This document shows positions 51,541-64,000 of a DNA stretch of 64,000 nt, piece by piece; positions within the stretch are counted from its first letter, which is position 1; every line of letters starts with the position of its first letter. The stretch is from positions 16,354,789-16,418,788 of the forward strand of contig NC_083409.1 in NCBI RefSeq assembly GCF_020745735.1, read 5' to 3'. Under the pieces are notes generated by a model. The model was not told the origin of the DNA and did not search any database. It saw only the letters and a list, made by a program, of their open reading frames with translations. Source of the DNA: Hemiscyllium ocellatum (lineage: Eukaryota). A program made the position numbers and the translations under genes.

Positions 51541-52176
51541 CTTGGTGAGGCCGCACCGGCAGCACTGGGTCCAGTTTTGATTTCTTTCCCGATGGAAGGA
51601 TAGACTCACCTAGACTCTACCTGGAAGGAGTGCAGCAAAGATTCGTGAAGCTGATTCCTGGCATAAGGGGATTCTCTGATGAGGCCAAATGGAGTCGGTT
51701 GGGACACTATTCCCTGGGGTTTAGTGGAGCAGGCTGGAGGGACTGAATGGCCTCCTGCTGTCCCTATTTCTTCTGTTCTGATGATGGTGTCAGTTTGTGC
51801 TGATGAGAAATGGGGTTCCTCTGTTGAAACTGCTCCTGATTTACAGATGGAGCTGGAAGCCAGGAGAAGCTGCAGAAGCTTCAATTTCTAACCAGAAACT
51901 GCCCACGCGGCCTCTTGGACACCATGAGCTGGTTTACTGTGCCCAGCACCGACATCCCCCTCCCTGACAGGGCTCTGTCTGATTGGATTCTCATTGTTAC
52001 ATTTTCCCAGTTCTGGAGGAGACTCCATTCTCTGATCCAGCATCCCGGCACATTCCCAAACCTGAGATCCAGACCCAGAGTGGACCTGTACCTCTCAAAT
52101 ATCAATCCCAATGATGACATTCCACTCGGTCCCTTGCTGCAGGGAAAGGATCAGCCAGGGCCGTATTCTTCAGCCA

Positions 52177-52295
52177 TGGAGAATAATGACGGGATGTTTG
52201 GAGTGTGAGTTTGATGATGTAAATGTGAACCATTGCAGCAAAGACATTAAAGATGGTTTGTGCAGACAGCAAAGCCCAAACCAGAGCATTGTCAA
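52177..52295. repeat. Duplicated block Q; inverted paralogue at ~57000-57122
   Basis: CATGGAGAATAATGACGGGAT...CAAACCAGAGCATTGT, high identity by eye. Confidence 0.88.
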
Positions 52296-52299
52296 AAAA

Positions 52300-53500
52300 T
52301 GACTTTTTCCTAGTGAATGTGGTCCATCCTGCTGAGTATTCGATAAAGCTGGGCTTTGGAGAGATATTGGGCAGATGGAGTGTAATGTGGGGACATGAAT
52401 CACAAAGTTAGAACGCAGCTACAGCAAGTGAATCCGGAGGCAGATGTAGTGTTGGTGCTCCTTGTAAAGGGAATGCAATCTAAAAGCAGGGCCGTTTTAC
52501 TGCAGCTGTTAGGATTAGGGGTTTGGTGAGAGCACATCTGGAATATGGTGTCCAGTATCAGGCTCCTTATTGACGGACAGGACCTGCATTGGAAGTAGTT
52601 CAGAGATGGTTCCCTTGACTGATTCCTGGTATGGAGCGATTGTCTTATGGGCAAAGGTCAAACAGGTTTGGAATCTGATCCCTGGAATTTAGAAGAATGA
52701 GATGGAATCTCATTGAAACGTATCAAATTCTTAAGGGGATTGACAGGGGAAATGCTGGATGTTTCCCTTCATGGGAGAGTAAGGGCTACACAGAAAACCA
52801 CTGGGTAACCACTAGGACAGTATCCAGAACACAGGAGGACCAGAAAGCTGAACTGTATCTATTTTAATGTAAGGAGCTTGACGAGTAAGGAGGTTGAACT
52901 GAGAGCATTGACCAGCACGTGGGAATATCATATTGTTGCAATTGCTGAGACATGATTGAAGCAAGATCGGACTGGCAGCTCAACATTCCAGGAAAGAGAA
53001 GTCTCAGGTGGGATAGAGGGAATGCAAGAGAGGTGGGAGCATTGCACTATTGATAAAGGAGACCATCACTGCAAGATTGAAGGAGCATTTCTTGGAAGGC
53101 TCTTCAAATGAGGCCATCTGGGTGAAGTTAAAAATACCAAAAGGACAATCACTTTGCTGGGATTATACTACAGGCCTCCCAATTGTCAGATGGAGAGAAA
53201 GGAGCAGATATGTTGGCAAATCACAGAGAGGTGTGAGAGGAATAGGGTTATATTATTGGGGAATTTCAACTTATCTAGCATGAACTGGGATTGCCTTTGT
53301 GTGAATGGTAGAAATTTTAAAGTCTATCCAGGAGAGCTTTTGGTGCCAGTACATGGGTAGTCCCTCTAAACATGGGCAGTGCTGGACTCAATCCTTGGTA
53401 ATGAAGCCGGTCAAATGGTTGAAGAGTCAGTGGTTGAGCATTTTGGAGATAGTGAACATAACTCCATATGTTTCATAGTTATCATGGAAAGAAGTAAGGG
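52300..53500 (+). mobile_element. CR1 3' fragment followed by a CR1 endonuclease fragment
   Basis: GLYYRPPN...GNFN APE motifs. Confidence 0.75.
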
Positions 53501-53865
53501 TCATCCTCATCTCCATTATACTCACTAGTTGACAAATCTGTACATGGCACGATGGTTCCTCAAAAATTGGGAGAGGAATTAAGGATGCTGGTTTTGTGTT
53601 GAGGTTTACCTACAACTTGAGAAGTAGGACAAGTTTTATAAAACTGCATCACATCTTCATCTAATTGTAGCTCAGTAAAATACCTGTTTCTGGATGCCTG
53701 TGTTTTCCAAATCCCCATGTGATCTGCCATGGGAGTCTCATGTGCTCCTTGTACTAGCTGCCTCTGATAGCTGGTTGGACCACTAGCCAATGTCTAACCA
53801 ACCATTCCTCATCTAGGGGTCCATGAGGTGGCCTCCACTTCCTCATCAGCACTCTGTTCTGAAGT
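53500..53865 (-). mobile_element. Gypsy integrase H2C2 fragment, inverted copy of 55485-55830
   Basis: AHETPMADHMGIWKTQ...FYKTCPTSQVVGKPQHK on the minus strand. Confidence 0.8.
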
Positions 53866-55189
53866 TAACCATGGCGGCACGGGGTCTCAGTGGTTAGCAC
53901 TGCTACCTCACAGTCTCAAAGTCAGGAGATGTTTGTCCAGGCTGTTTCTGTAAGTTCTGAAACATCTGTCTGTGTGTTCCTGGGACCGACTCATATGTGC
54001 TTAGAATAGCGATTTTCACATTTTCATGACCCTGAGAATATTCCTCTGACAGGGATGCAGAAACCTCATGTGCTTCCCAAGTTCATTTTTGCATGGTCTA
54101 GCTCCATTGTTTTTTCCCCACCTCACTTGTTTAACTATCTTCTCTAACAACATGAAAAATGCTTCCAAATCCTTCTCTTCATAGTCATAGAGTCATACAG
54201 CAAACAATCAGGCTCTCCTGCCCTTCATATCGCTGCTGATCAGTAATCACCAAACTGTGTTAATTCCACCCCCCCCCCCACCCCCACCCCCATTTACCTG
54301 CACTTGGTCCATCGCCTTCCATGTCCTGGTATTTTCTGTGCTCATCTGGATCTTTCTTAAATGTTGTGAGAGTAGTTGCCTCCGCCACCTTCTCAAGCAG
54401 CACATTTAATATTTCTAACACCGTCTGGGGAAAAAAGTCCTCAAAATCCCTCTTAACCATTTTTTCATCACGTTCTGTTTATGCCCTCTGGTCACAGAAA
54501 TGTCTGCCATGGGGAAAAGATTCTCACGATTTACTTTGTCTATGCCTTCCAGAATTTTTTAAACCTCAATCAGAAATCCCCCAGAGAAAACAAACCCAGC
54601 CTATCCAGTCTCTCCTCATAACTAAGACAGTCCATTCCAGGGAACATCCTGGTGAGTCTCCTCTCCACCCTCTCCAGTGCAGTCATGTCCTGCCAACAGT
54701 GTTATGACCAGAACTGTACACAGTGTTCCCGATATGGCCTAATCAATGCTCTGTAAATTAACAACAAGACTTCCTTACTCCTATATTCTACACCCTGGCT
54801 AATGATGGCAAGCATCCCATATGCCTTCTTCACCACCCTGTCTAACTGTGCTGATACCTTCCGGGATTGATGGATTTGTACACCAAGGTCCCTTCGTTCC
54901 TCACTACTCCCAAGGAACATAAGAACATAAGAACTAGGAACAGGAGCAGGAGTAGGCCATCTGGCCCTTCGACCCAGCTCTGCCATTCAATAAGATCATG
55001 GCTGATGTTTTCTTGGACTCAGCTCCAATTATCTGCACTCTCACCGTATCTATTAATTCGTTTATTGTTCAAAAAAGATTGGCCTTAGTTTTAAAAATGT
55101 TTATTGAATTAACATCAACTACTTCTTTGGACAAGGAATTTCGTAGATTTACGACGACCTGGGTGAAGAAGTTCCTTCTCAATTCAGTC

Positions 55190-55480
55190 CCTTTGGCCCA
55201 ACAAGTGCACACTGGCCCTCCAAACAGTAACCCACCCAGGCCCTTCCCCTACACTTACCCCTGACTAACACACCTAACACTATGGGCAATTTAGCTTGGC
55301 CAATTCACTTGACCTGTATTTCTTTTGGATTGTGGAAGGAAACTGGAGCACCCGGAGGAAACCCACACAGACACAGGGAGTATGTGCAAATTCCAGACAG
55401 ACAGTCACCCAGGGATGGAATTGAACCCAGGTCCTTGGCACTGTGAGGTAGCAGTGCTAACCACTGAGCACCTGTGCCAC
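55190..55480 (-). mobile_element. HE1-type SINE; its 5' end is mirrored at 53872-53915 (+)
   Basis: Reverse-complement SINE, with a 5' fragment in the mirrored arm. Confidence 0.78.
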
Positions 55481-55484
55481 TATG

Positions 55485-56830
55485 GTTAACTTCAAAACAG
55501 AGTGCTGATGAGGATTTGGATACTCTCTCATGGACCCCCAGATGAAGAATGGTTGTTTAGACATTGGCTATTGGTCCCACCCAGCTATCAGAGGGAGATA
55601 GTACAAGGGGCACATGAGACTCCCATGGGGATTTGGAAAACACAGGCATCCGGAAATAGGTATTTTACTGAGCCACAATTGGATAAAGATGTGGTGCAGT
55701 TTTATAAAACGTGTACTACTTGTCAGGTTGTAGGTAAACCTCAACACAAAACCAGCATCCTTAATTCCTCTCCCAGTTTTTGAGGAACCAACGTGTCACG
55801 TACAGGTTTGTCAAGTAGTGAGTATAATGGAGGAGGGGATCAGAAAATGTAAGAGATCCAAAGCGAATCAGATAATTCCCAAAGGGAACTTCCTGTTATT
55901 GGATGAACAATTTCAGATATATTCGAGAATTCAGATACTGTATCTGGAGAAAGATCAACAGGTAGATTTAATGAGATTGCTCAGAAAATACAAAGATGTT
56001 TGTATTCGGAGTAGTTGAGGTCTTTGATTCTGTAATTGATGGAGTTTAGACGGCTGAGAGGGAATGTCATTGAAACTTACACAATACAGAGAGGCCTGGA
56101 TCGAGTGGACATGGAGAAGATGTTTCCAATAATAGGAGAGTTGAAGACCTGAGGGAACAGCCTCAGAGTGAAGAGTCGACCTTTCGAACTGAGTTGAGGA
56201 GGAATTTCTTCAGCCAGAGTGTCATTAATCTGTGGAACTGATTGTTGCAGAGGGCAGCAGAGAAAGTAAGAGAATCAGGCTGAGAGACGGTATTAACCAT
56301 AAATAAATGGGAGACCAGACTTGATGGGCCAAATGGCCCAATTCCACTTCTTTATCTTATGGTCCTGTAATGATACACTTGGATGTACCACATGAATCAA
56401 ATATGACATGGAATTGGTAATTCAGACACAATAAAACAAAAACCAACAGAAACAGGCCAACGTAACAGAGGGCTTCCATGTTGGGGAATCAGTTGATTGA
56501 ACCAAGTCAGAATAATTGGAGGTCTCCTGTAGCATTGGTTCCTGAACCAAACTGTTCAATTTGATTCTGTGTAGACTCTAAGAAAGTGAATATAGTCACA
56601 AAGCCAGATTCATTCCCCATTCCCAGACGAGAAGATTGCATAGATAAGATTGGAAGTGTATCATTCTTTTCTAAAATTGATTTGTGAAAAGGGTGTTGAT
56701 AAGACCTCATTGATAACTAGAACTATGTGAGTTTCTGTATCTCTTACACCTTCAGGATTATACCCAATTGCCGTTTGAACTTAAGAGTGCCAGTCACATT
56801 TGAATGATTCTCGTGAAAGTGAACAAGGTC
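55485..56830 (+). mobile_element. Gmr1-like Gypsy remnant (integrase H2C2 then RT) with a nested CR1 3' end
   Basis: VQGAHETPMGIWKTQ...DVVQFYKTCTTCQVVGKPQ precedes the RT motifs at ~56500-56720. Confidence 0.78.
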
Positions 56831-57188
56831 ACACTTCCCCACATGACACTCCAACTGCCCAATATTTTCCAAAGCTCAGCTGTATCTAATATTCAGCAGG
56901 ATGGGCCTTCACTGGGAAACAGCCGTTTGTAATGAGAATAATCTGAGAATCACATTAATAGCCGTTTTTATTGAAGCTTTCATAAGTTCTGTGTTGATTG
57001 ACACAATGCTCTGGTTTGGGCTTTGCTGTCTGTACAAACCATCTGTAATGTTTTTGTTGCAATGGTTCACATTTACATCATCAAACTCACACTCCAAATA
57101 TCCCGTCATTATTCTCCATGGGATTCACTGGCATTGGCTCAGATCGAACTCCCAGCAGCTCAGAATGAGGGAGGGATGGGGCTCAGAA

Positions 57189-57231
<43 letters not shown>

Positions 57232-57409
57232 TGGGAGCTTTGAAAGAGAGGGAGATGGAGCTTGGAGAGAGAAAAGAGGGATTAAAATAAGAGTGAGATC
57301 CATGCAGCTGAGGTAGTGAAGGAGGAGGGGGGATATAGTGAGAGAGAGAGAGATGGAGTTCAAGGAGTTGTATATCAAAGATAAATTATACTCTGTTAAA
57401 GACTGCCCT

Positions 57410-59620
57410 GGTTGAATGCTGTATGACTCTCTGACTCAATTGACACTGTCTACAATGCTGCCAAACTTTGTGTCATTAGCAAACTGAAATATTTGACTTT
57501 CTGTGCCATTATCCAAGTCATTGATAAATAATGTAACTAATTGAGGTGTGAGCACACTTTCCTATTGGACACCACTAGTCACATCCTGCCAATTTCAGCA
57601 CTTACCCATTATCCCTATTTTCGGTCACCTATCACTCAACCAGCATTCCAATGTGTCAGTATTTTAGCCTCAATTCTGTGGACTTATATCGAAGTTGACG
57701 TTTTCTTACATAGGACACTATTAAATGTCTATTGTAAGTCCCTATAAACAACATCCATAGACATTACTGTGTCCAGTACGTTAGTCTCCTCTTCAAAAAA
57801 GTTCAATGAGGTTTTTCACCATGACCACCTTGTCATTGAATCCATGCTGACTCTCCCTGAATAACTGACCATTTTCAAGGTCTTCAGTTACCCCCATCCT
57901 TGCTTATAGACTTCAACAATTTCTGCACTACAAACATTGGCTTAGTAACCTGTAATTCCCTGGATTTTCTCTCACATCCTTGTTAAATGTGAAGTGACAT
58001 TTGCAAATTTCCAAGCCAGAGGTCTAACTCCTGTATCCAGGGTACTCTGAAAGATTATAGTCAGAGTGTCTACAATGTGGTCTGTTGCTACCTTTATCAC
58101 CCTCAGATGGAGAATGTCAGAATCTGAGGATTTATCACTCTTTAGTTCCATTATTTTCCTCATTACAGATGTTTTTCTGACATTAATTTTATTCAGTCCC
58201 TGTCCCTAATCCCCTGTTCATTCCTTTGGGACTTCAGGCAAATCCTTTTCCTTTTCTACTGCAAATCTTGAGGTAAAGTATTTTTTTTTAACATGGCTGT
58301 CATTTCCCCATTGTCACTGACAATATCCCCCACTTTCAGTCTTTAATGCCAACATTGCTCCTAACCTCCCAGATTCCCTTTTATGGAACTGAAACATTTC
58401 TCCTTATTGATTTTGATATCCCTCACATGTTTCCTTTCAGGGTCCGTTTTGGTAGCTCTTCGAAGCTGCTTTGTGGCCCTTTGCATCTTTCCCATTCAGC
58501 AGATGATGTCATTTTACTTGCTTTTTTGCAAGCCCTTGTTTTAGTTTTATTCTTTCCCTAATCTCTTTTATTGTCCATTGCTGTTTGTTCGAAGAAGTGG
58601 AGCTTTCCCCTCTCAGGTATAAACTGGTTTTGTTTTACGTTGAATGTTTCTTTAAACATCCCCCACTGTTCTTCAGTTGTTTTACCCATGAGCAAATTTT
58701 CCTAGTTTACTATGGACAGTCCCTGTCTCATCTCGTTAAAGTCAGGCCTTACCTTAATCTCAAACTCTAGCAGCTGATTCATGCTTTTCACTTTCAAATG
58801 TGACATTGAACTCGATCATGGTATGATCACTATTTGATAAATGTTAATGTGCAAGTAGTTACTAACTAAATCTGGCTCATTATTCATTACTAATTCCAAT
58901 ATTGTTTGTCCCCTTGTTGTATCCAGGACCTATGGCTGTTGGTAACTATTCCGGATACCCTCCAGAAATTTACTACCTTTCTGACAGAGGGCTTGTTTCT
59001 CTCCCAATCTAAGTTAAAATTAAACTTCCCCATTAATAATGCACTGGCTTTGCTGCACACTTGCCTAATTCCTACATTTACACAATCCAGCACCTCAGAG
59101 CTGCTGCCAGGGGGGGTCTGTATCCAACATCTATTACAGTTTTAGATCCTTTCCTGCTTCTCAGTTCCACTGAATGTTTTCTCCTCATTTTAACCTCCCT
59201 CACCATTGAAGTAATTTTGTTTCTAATGAATAAGGCTGCTCCACCTCTTCTGTCATTTCCCCAAGTCCATCCTGTGAACCTTATAACCCAATATATTTAG
59301 GTCCCAATCCTAACTTAGATTGGGAGAGAGACAAGCACTCTGTCAGAAAGGTAGTAAATTTCTGGAGGGTGTCCGGAATAGTTACCAAATATATCTCAGC
59401 AATTGATCCGACAGCAAAATCTTAAATTTGAATTTGTGCCCGCAGATTATTGTATTTATTCCTTACGCTCCGTGCATTCATGTATAGAACTCTCATTTGG
59501 TCCATTCACTGGAATCTGTTCCTCAACACTGATGCTGTATTTACCTCTTTCTTATTTCTCTCTATCTGTTTAATCAATATCCTTCTGATAGCTTTCCTGA
59601 TATTGCCCAAATAGGACCTT
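57410..59620 (-). mobile_element. Decayed CR1 ORF2 fragments
   Basis: Antisense RT- and endonuclease-like segments. Confidence 0.65.
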
Positions 59621-60009
59621 TTGCCGATGTTGCCAATGTTGTTGTCTCAACACACACGACAACAACTGGATCCTCCTCCCCGCCCCACTCCAATATCCTT
59701 TCAAGCTGGTTCGAGATGCCCCTTACCTGAGCACCAGGCAGGCAACACACCATGTGGGACTCTCAATCCTGCTCACAAAGGATGGTATCAGTCCCCCTCA
59801 TTATCAAATCCTCCTCTTTCCTTTGTGCTCACCCTGCCTGAATGGCTCCTGGACCATGGTGCAGTGGTTTTCATTCATTCATTCATCGGATATGGGTATC
59901 TCTGGCCAAGCCAATATTTACTGCCCATAGGGCAGTTAACAGACAACCACATGGAATCATACAATCATAGGGGAAATGAGGAAACTGGTGAAGTCGAATC
60001 TCTTTCAGT

Positions 60010-60390
60010 ACATAGTTGAAGAGCTCATTTCCCCTCTCTCCACCTTACCCCAGTTCCAACCTTCCAGATCAGCACTATCCTCTTGACCTGTCCTACCTGC
60101 CAATCTCCCTTCCCACCTATCTGCTCCACCCTCCCCTCTGATCTATCATCTCCATCCCCACCCCCATTCACCTATTGTACTCTTTGCTACCTTCTCCCCA
60201 AACCCACCCCCCACCCCCATTTATCTCACCACCCCGGAGGCTCCCTGCCTCTATTCCTGATGAAGGACTTTTGCCCAAAACGTCAATTTTCTTGCCCTCA
60301 GATACTGCGTGACCTGCAGTGCTTTTCCAGCACCACTCTGATTTAAACTCTGGTTTCCAGCATCTGCAGTCCTCACTTTTGCCTAGTTGA
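60010..60390 (+). mobile_element. Penelope pLTR fragment with a decayed hammerhead core at 60257-60284
   Basis: CTGATGAAGGACTTTTGCCCAAAACGTC followed by the typical pLTR tail. Confidence 0.7.
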
Positions 60391-61187
60391 GATTAGATAT
60401 CCCCCAGTTTACACATTTAATTTTTGCTTCATCTTTATCTCTTTACATGATGACTTTGAAACTTACAGACTTTGGTCACTATCACCAAAATGCTTACACT
60501 ACATTTGCTCATTCTCCTGACAATCCTTTTCCTCATTGACACAGGGAGCAAGTACCTCATTCCTGTTGGACAATGAGCTGAGACTCCTGCAATACTACAT
60601 TCATGCTGCGTCGACCTGCTCACTTATCGTCACCCCCTCCTGTCCCTGACCACTGACTATAATTTGAAGCATTTAACCTACAAGGTGTGACTGTCTCCCC
60701 AAACACAGTGTCCAGGTAACTCTCCCCCTCCCCGATGTGTCGCAGTGTTTGAAGCTCAGATTCCAGCTCATCAACTCTGAGCTGGAGTGCCTTGAGCAAC
60801 CAACACTTGCTGTAGATGTGGTCACTCTGAGCTACAATGGGCTCCACCAGCTTCCCCATCGCAATTACTACACATCGCCCGGCCCTGTATGTGGGAATTA
60901 TTTGAGGAGCTTTTAATTTTTAAAAAAAATGCTGTCAGTCTTTAATTTTTAATCTGTAAAATATTTCCATCCAGGAGACAGAGAAGGCTCCAGCTCAGAA
61001 GGAGGCTCTTCAGCCCCTCATGTCAGTGCTAGCGGTTTAGTAACCTCATTCACGATGACATCTCTGTTGAATGTTTGTTGTCAGGAAGTGATTGAGTCTG
61101 TTTTTATAGAGAGAATAACAGACAAATATGAACTGGTCCGAGAGAATCAGCATGGATTTACAAAGGTTCAGACATTGAAGGTTCAGT

Positions 61188-61473
61188 ATGGTGGCTCAGT
61201 GGTTATCACTGCTGCCTCACAGCACCAGGGGCCCAGGTTCAATTCCAGCCTCGGATGTGTGCAGAGTTTGTACATTCTCCCTGTGTCTGTGTGGGTTTCC
61301 TCCCACAGTGCAAAGATCTGCAGGTCAGGTGAATTGGCCATTCTAAATTGCCCACAGTGTTAGGTGCATTAATTAAGAGGGAAATTGGTCTGGATGGGTT
61401 TCTCTTCGGATGGTCAGTGTGGACTTGTTGGGCCAAAGGGTCTGTTTCCACACTGTAGGGAATCTGATCTAAT
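61188..61473 (+). mobile_element. HE1-type SINE
   Basis: Head, body and tail as in the other copies. Confidence 0.78.
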
Positions 61474-62426
61474 CATTAACTAACGAGGTTACACATTGTT
61501 CGGAGTTCCCTAATGTGGGATATAAGGGAATGCTGATGGCTATTTTCCATAGGGAATTTCAGAAGACATTTAAGAACATTTCACAAACGAAACATGGAAT
61601 CAGATCTTGCACTCCACAATCACTTGATGAAGGAGCACCGCTCAGAAAGCTGGTGTTTCCAAATAAACCTGTTGGACTACAATCTGGTATTCTGTGATTT
61701 TTAACTTTGTACACGACAGTCCAACACCGGCACCTCCAAATCATGGAATCGGTTGGAATTTGAGAAATGCATTTACCTTGGGTCAGAAATGGGTCTGTCT
61801 AGGAGACAGAGAGGAAGGGTAATGTGCGTGTGTTCCAGTGAGCCAGATGTGAGTAGTGGTGTTGCCAGGGGTCTGTGCTGGGACCTAAGCTTTTCACGAT
61901 ATTTCTCAATGACTTGGATGTAGAAACAGAGAGCCATATATCCAAGATTGTTGACCACACTGATGTGGCTTGGAGGAGGTCACAGAGATAGGGAGGATGG
62001 AAGGACAGGGAGCGAATTGAGAACAAGGATGAGAAGTTGAAAATCAAGGTGTTGTTGGACCAGGAGCTTATGTCAGTCAGTGAGGATTGTGGTGGTTATG
62101 GTGCGATGGAAGACAGGGGCGGGGGTGTGAGGTGGACTTGGTGTGAGTTTGAACAACGATAGCAGAGTTTGGGATGAGCTGATATTTAAAGAAGGCAGTG
62201 GCTGTGACATGGGCGTGGATAACATTGGAATGGTCACATTTGGCGTACCAAAAAAATGACTGAGATTTTCAGTGGCTGATCTTTATGATGTGGAGGACTT
62301 GGGCCTCAAATCAACCTCAAAGATGAGGCCAAAGTTATAAAGAGTCTGGTTGAGCAGCAGACAGTGCTCAGGGAGAGGGATGGAGTTTGTACCGGGAGCT
62401 GAAGAGGATGACTTTGATCTTCCCTA

Positions 62427-62621
62427 TGTGTTTCCCAGTGAGCCTGGCTCCTCAGTCCTGACTGCTCTTAGCTGCTGTGATTGTCACTGATTGGACACTT
62501 ATTATTAGAGATTCTGACCACAGCAGAAAGCCCCAGTGTAAAAAATAACTGCAAAGACTGTCAGATCGCAAGGTTGAAACTTCACCAAAAGAGGAAGTGA
62601 AAGAAGGAGCTCGGAGCAGCT
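62427..62621 (+). promoter_or_regulatory. Conserved promoter-like block, copy 3, inverted (TATA mutated to TGTA)
   Basis: 7 differences from copy 1; ATTGG at 62490, TGTAAAAAA at 62537, GGAAGTGAAA at 62593. Confidence 0.5.
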
Positions 62622-63257
62622 GGGTATTTGTTACTGAGACGGGAGAAAACTGTGAACCAACTCCACTCCCTGGAATCTGACAACACAGGAGGCGGCCATT
62701 CAATCCATCATGCCTTTTAATTACCCAATTAGCCCCATTGCTCTCTCCCCATAACTCAGCAATTCTTTCCTATTGCGCTCAATCTCCAATTCCCTCTTAT
62801 AGACCTCATGACCACAGAGTGATACTGCTCTGAAGCTGGGCTTCAAATTGGCATCTCATTCATTCATTGGGAGACAAACTGCCTGGGCTGGGAAATGGAG
62901 CTCAGGATCCTGAACATTCCCTCTCCCCTCCTGAGGAACACTTCATTTGGTTTTGCATATTCACTTGTGGGAAGTGGCTTCACCGGCTGGGCCAACATTT
63001 TTTACCCTGTCCCTAGTTGCCCTGGAGAAGGCGGTGGGAAGCTGCCTTCTGGAATTGTTAGCGTCCACAAGCTGTAAATTGACTCACAATGCTCTTGGGG
63101 AGGGAATGCCAGCATTTTGACCCAGCAACAGTGAAGGAACAGTGATACATTTCCAAGTCAGGATGCTAAGCTTTTTTTGAAGGGAACTTGCAGCTCACAG
63201 TGTTCCCGTGTATCTGCTGCTCTTGTTCTCAATGGAAGTGAACGTGGGTTTGGAAGG

Positions 63258-63435
63258 AAACCATAAGGACTGCAAATGCTGTAAATCCGAGACAAAAATA
63301 GAAATTGCTGGAAAAGCTCAGCAGGTCTGGCAGCATCTGTGAAGAGAAATCAATGTTAACATTTCGTGCTCTGATTTCTCTCCACAGATGCTGCCAGATC
63401 TGCTGAGCTTTTTGTGCAATTTCTATTTTCCCGTA
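63258..63435. mobile_element. ~180-bp hairpin insertion made of Penelope pLTR tails, with a 13-bp TSD
   Basis: ~60-bp inverted arms (63294-63352 and 63372-63429); TGGGTTTGGAAGG on both sides. Confidence 0.78.
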
Positions 63436-64000
63436 TGGGTTTGGAAGGTGCTATCTGAGGATCTTTGGTGGGTTTCTGCTGAGCATCTTATCAATAATAC
63501 ATGCTGCTGCTATGGAGCAGTGGTGGGAGTGGATGCTTTGTGGATGTGATGCCAATCAAGGAGGCTGCTTGGCTCTGGATGGTATCAAGCTTTCTGAGTG
63601 GATAAGAATGACATAGGATATGATAGACATAGACAGGAATGGATTCGAGGGATATGGGCCAAATGCAGGCAAATGAGAGTAGTTCACTTCAGAAAACCTG
63701 GTCAGAATATAGAAGTTTGGCTTAAGGGTTTGTTTCTGTACTGCATGACTCTGTGACACCATTATTCTATGAATGTTGATAGTGGGGATTCAGTGATGGT
63801 AATAGGATTCGCTGTCAAGGGACGATGGTTAGATTGTCTATTATTGGTGATGGTCATTTGCTGGTATTTGCAAGGCACCAATGGAAATATTGCTTCTCAG
63901 ATAAAATTGGATATTGTACAGATATTGCTGCATTCGAACATGGACTGTTTCAGTATATGAGATGTTCAGATTGTGCACTCATTGGCAATGCTCCCCATTC

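Noticed and set aside
51915-52208. ORF containing QHPGTFP and LYLSNINPNDD, resembling lambda V motifs
   Set aside because: Motif spacing is far too short and the conserved Cys, Trp and YYC are absent.

Overview
Eukaryotic, very TE-rich DNA from a cartilaginous fish. The HE1-type SINEs, CR1 LINEs and NS4-like Ig sequence point to a shark; the species is an inference. The only host gene I can support is one kappa-class (NS4/type III) immunoglobulin light-chain gene on the minus strand. It has a promoter (~17334-17431), leader exon (17225-17273), fused V-J exon (16708-17038), a ~9.5 kb intron, C exon (6921-7249) and poly(A) signal (6390-6395). V and J are already joined with no RSS between them, and the join is out of frame by one base, although leader, V, J, C and all splice sites are intact. 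About 0.75 kb upstream of the leader a degenerate telomere-like array, containing a 160-N scaffold gap, splits a CR1 3' UTR. To the right of the gap the DNA is a mosaic of three paralogous units: two in tandem (~19-33.5 kb and ~37-54 kb) and one inverted (~55.4-63 kb). All three share a ~195-bp promoter-like block that is ~96% identical by manual count, while its TE-derived flanks look much more diverged. The rest is decayed CR1, L2 and other LINEs, HE1 SINEs, Gmr1-like Gypsy remnants and Penelope-like elements with minimal hammerhead motifs. Almost all ORFs in the supplied track are TE fragments or noise. TE boundaries and identities are eyeball estimates.
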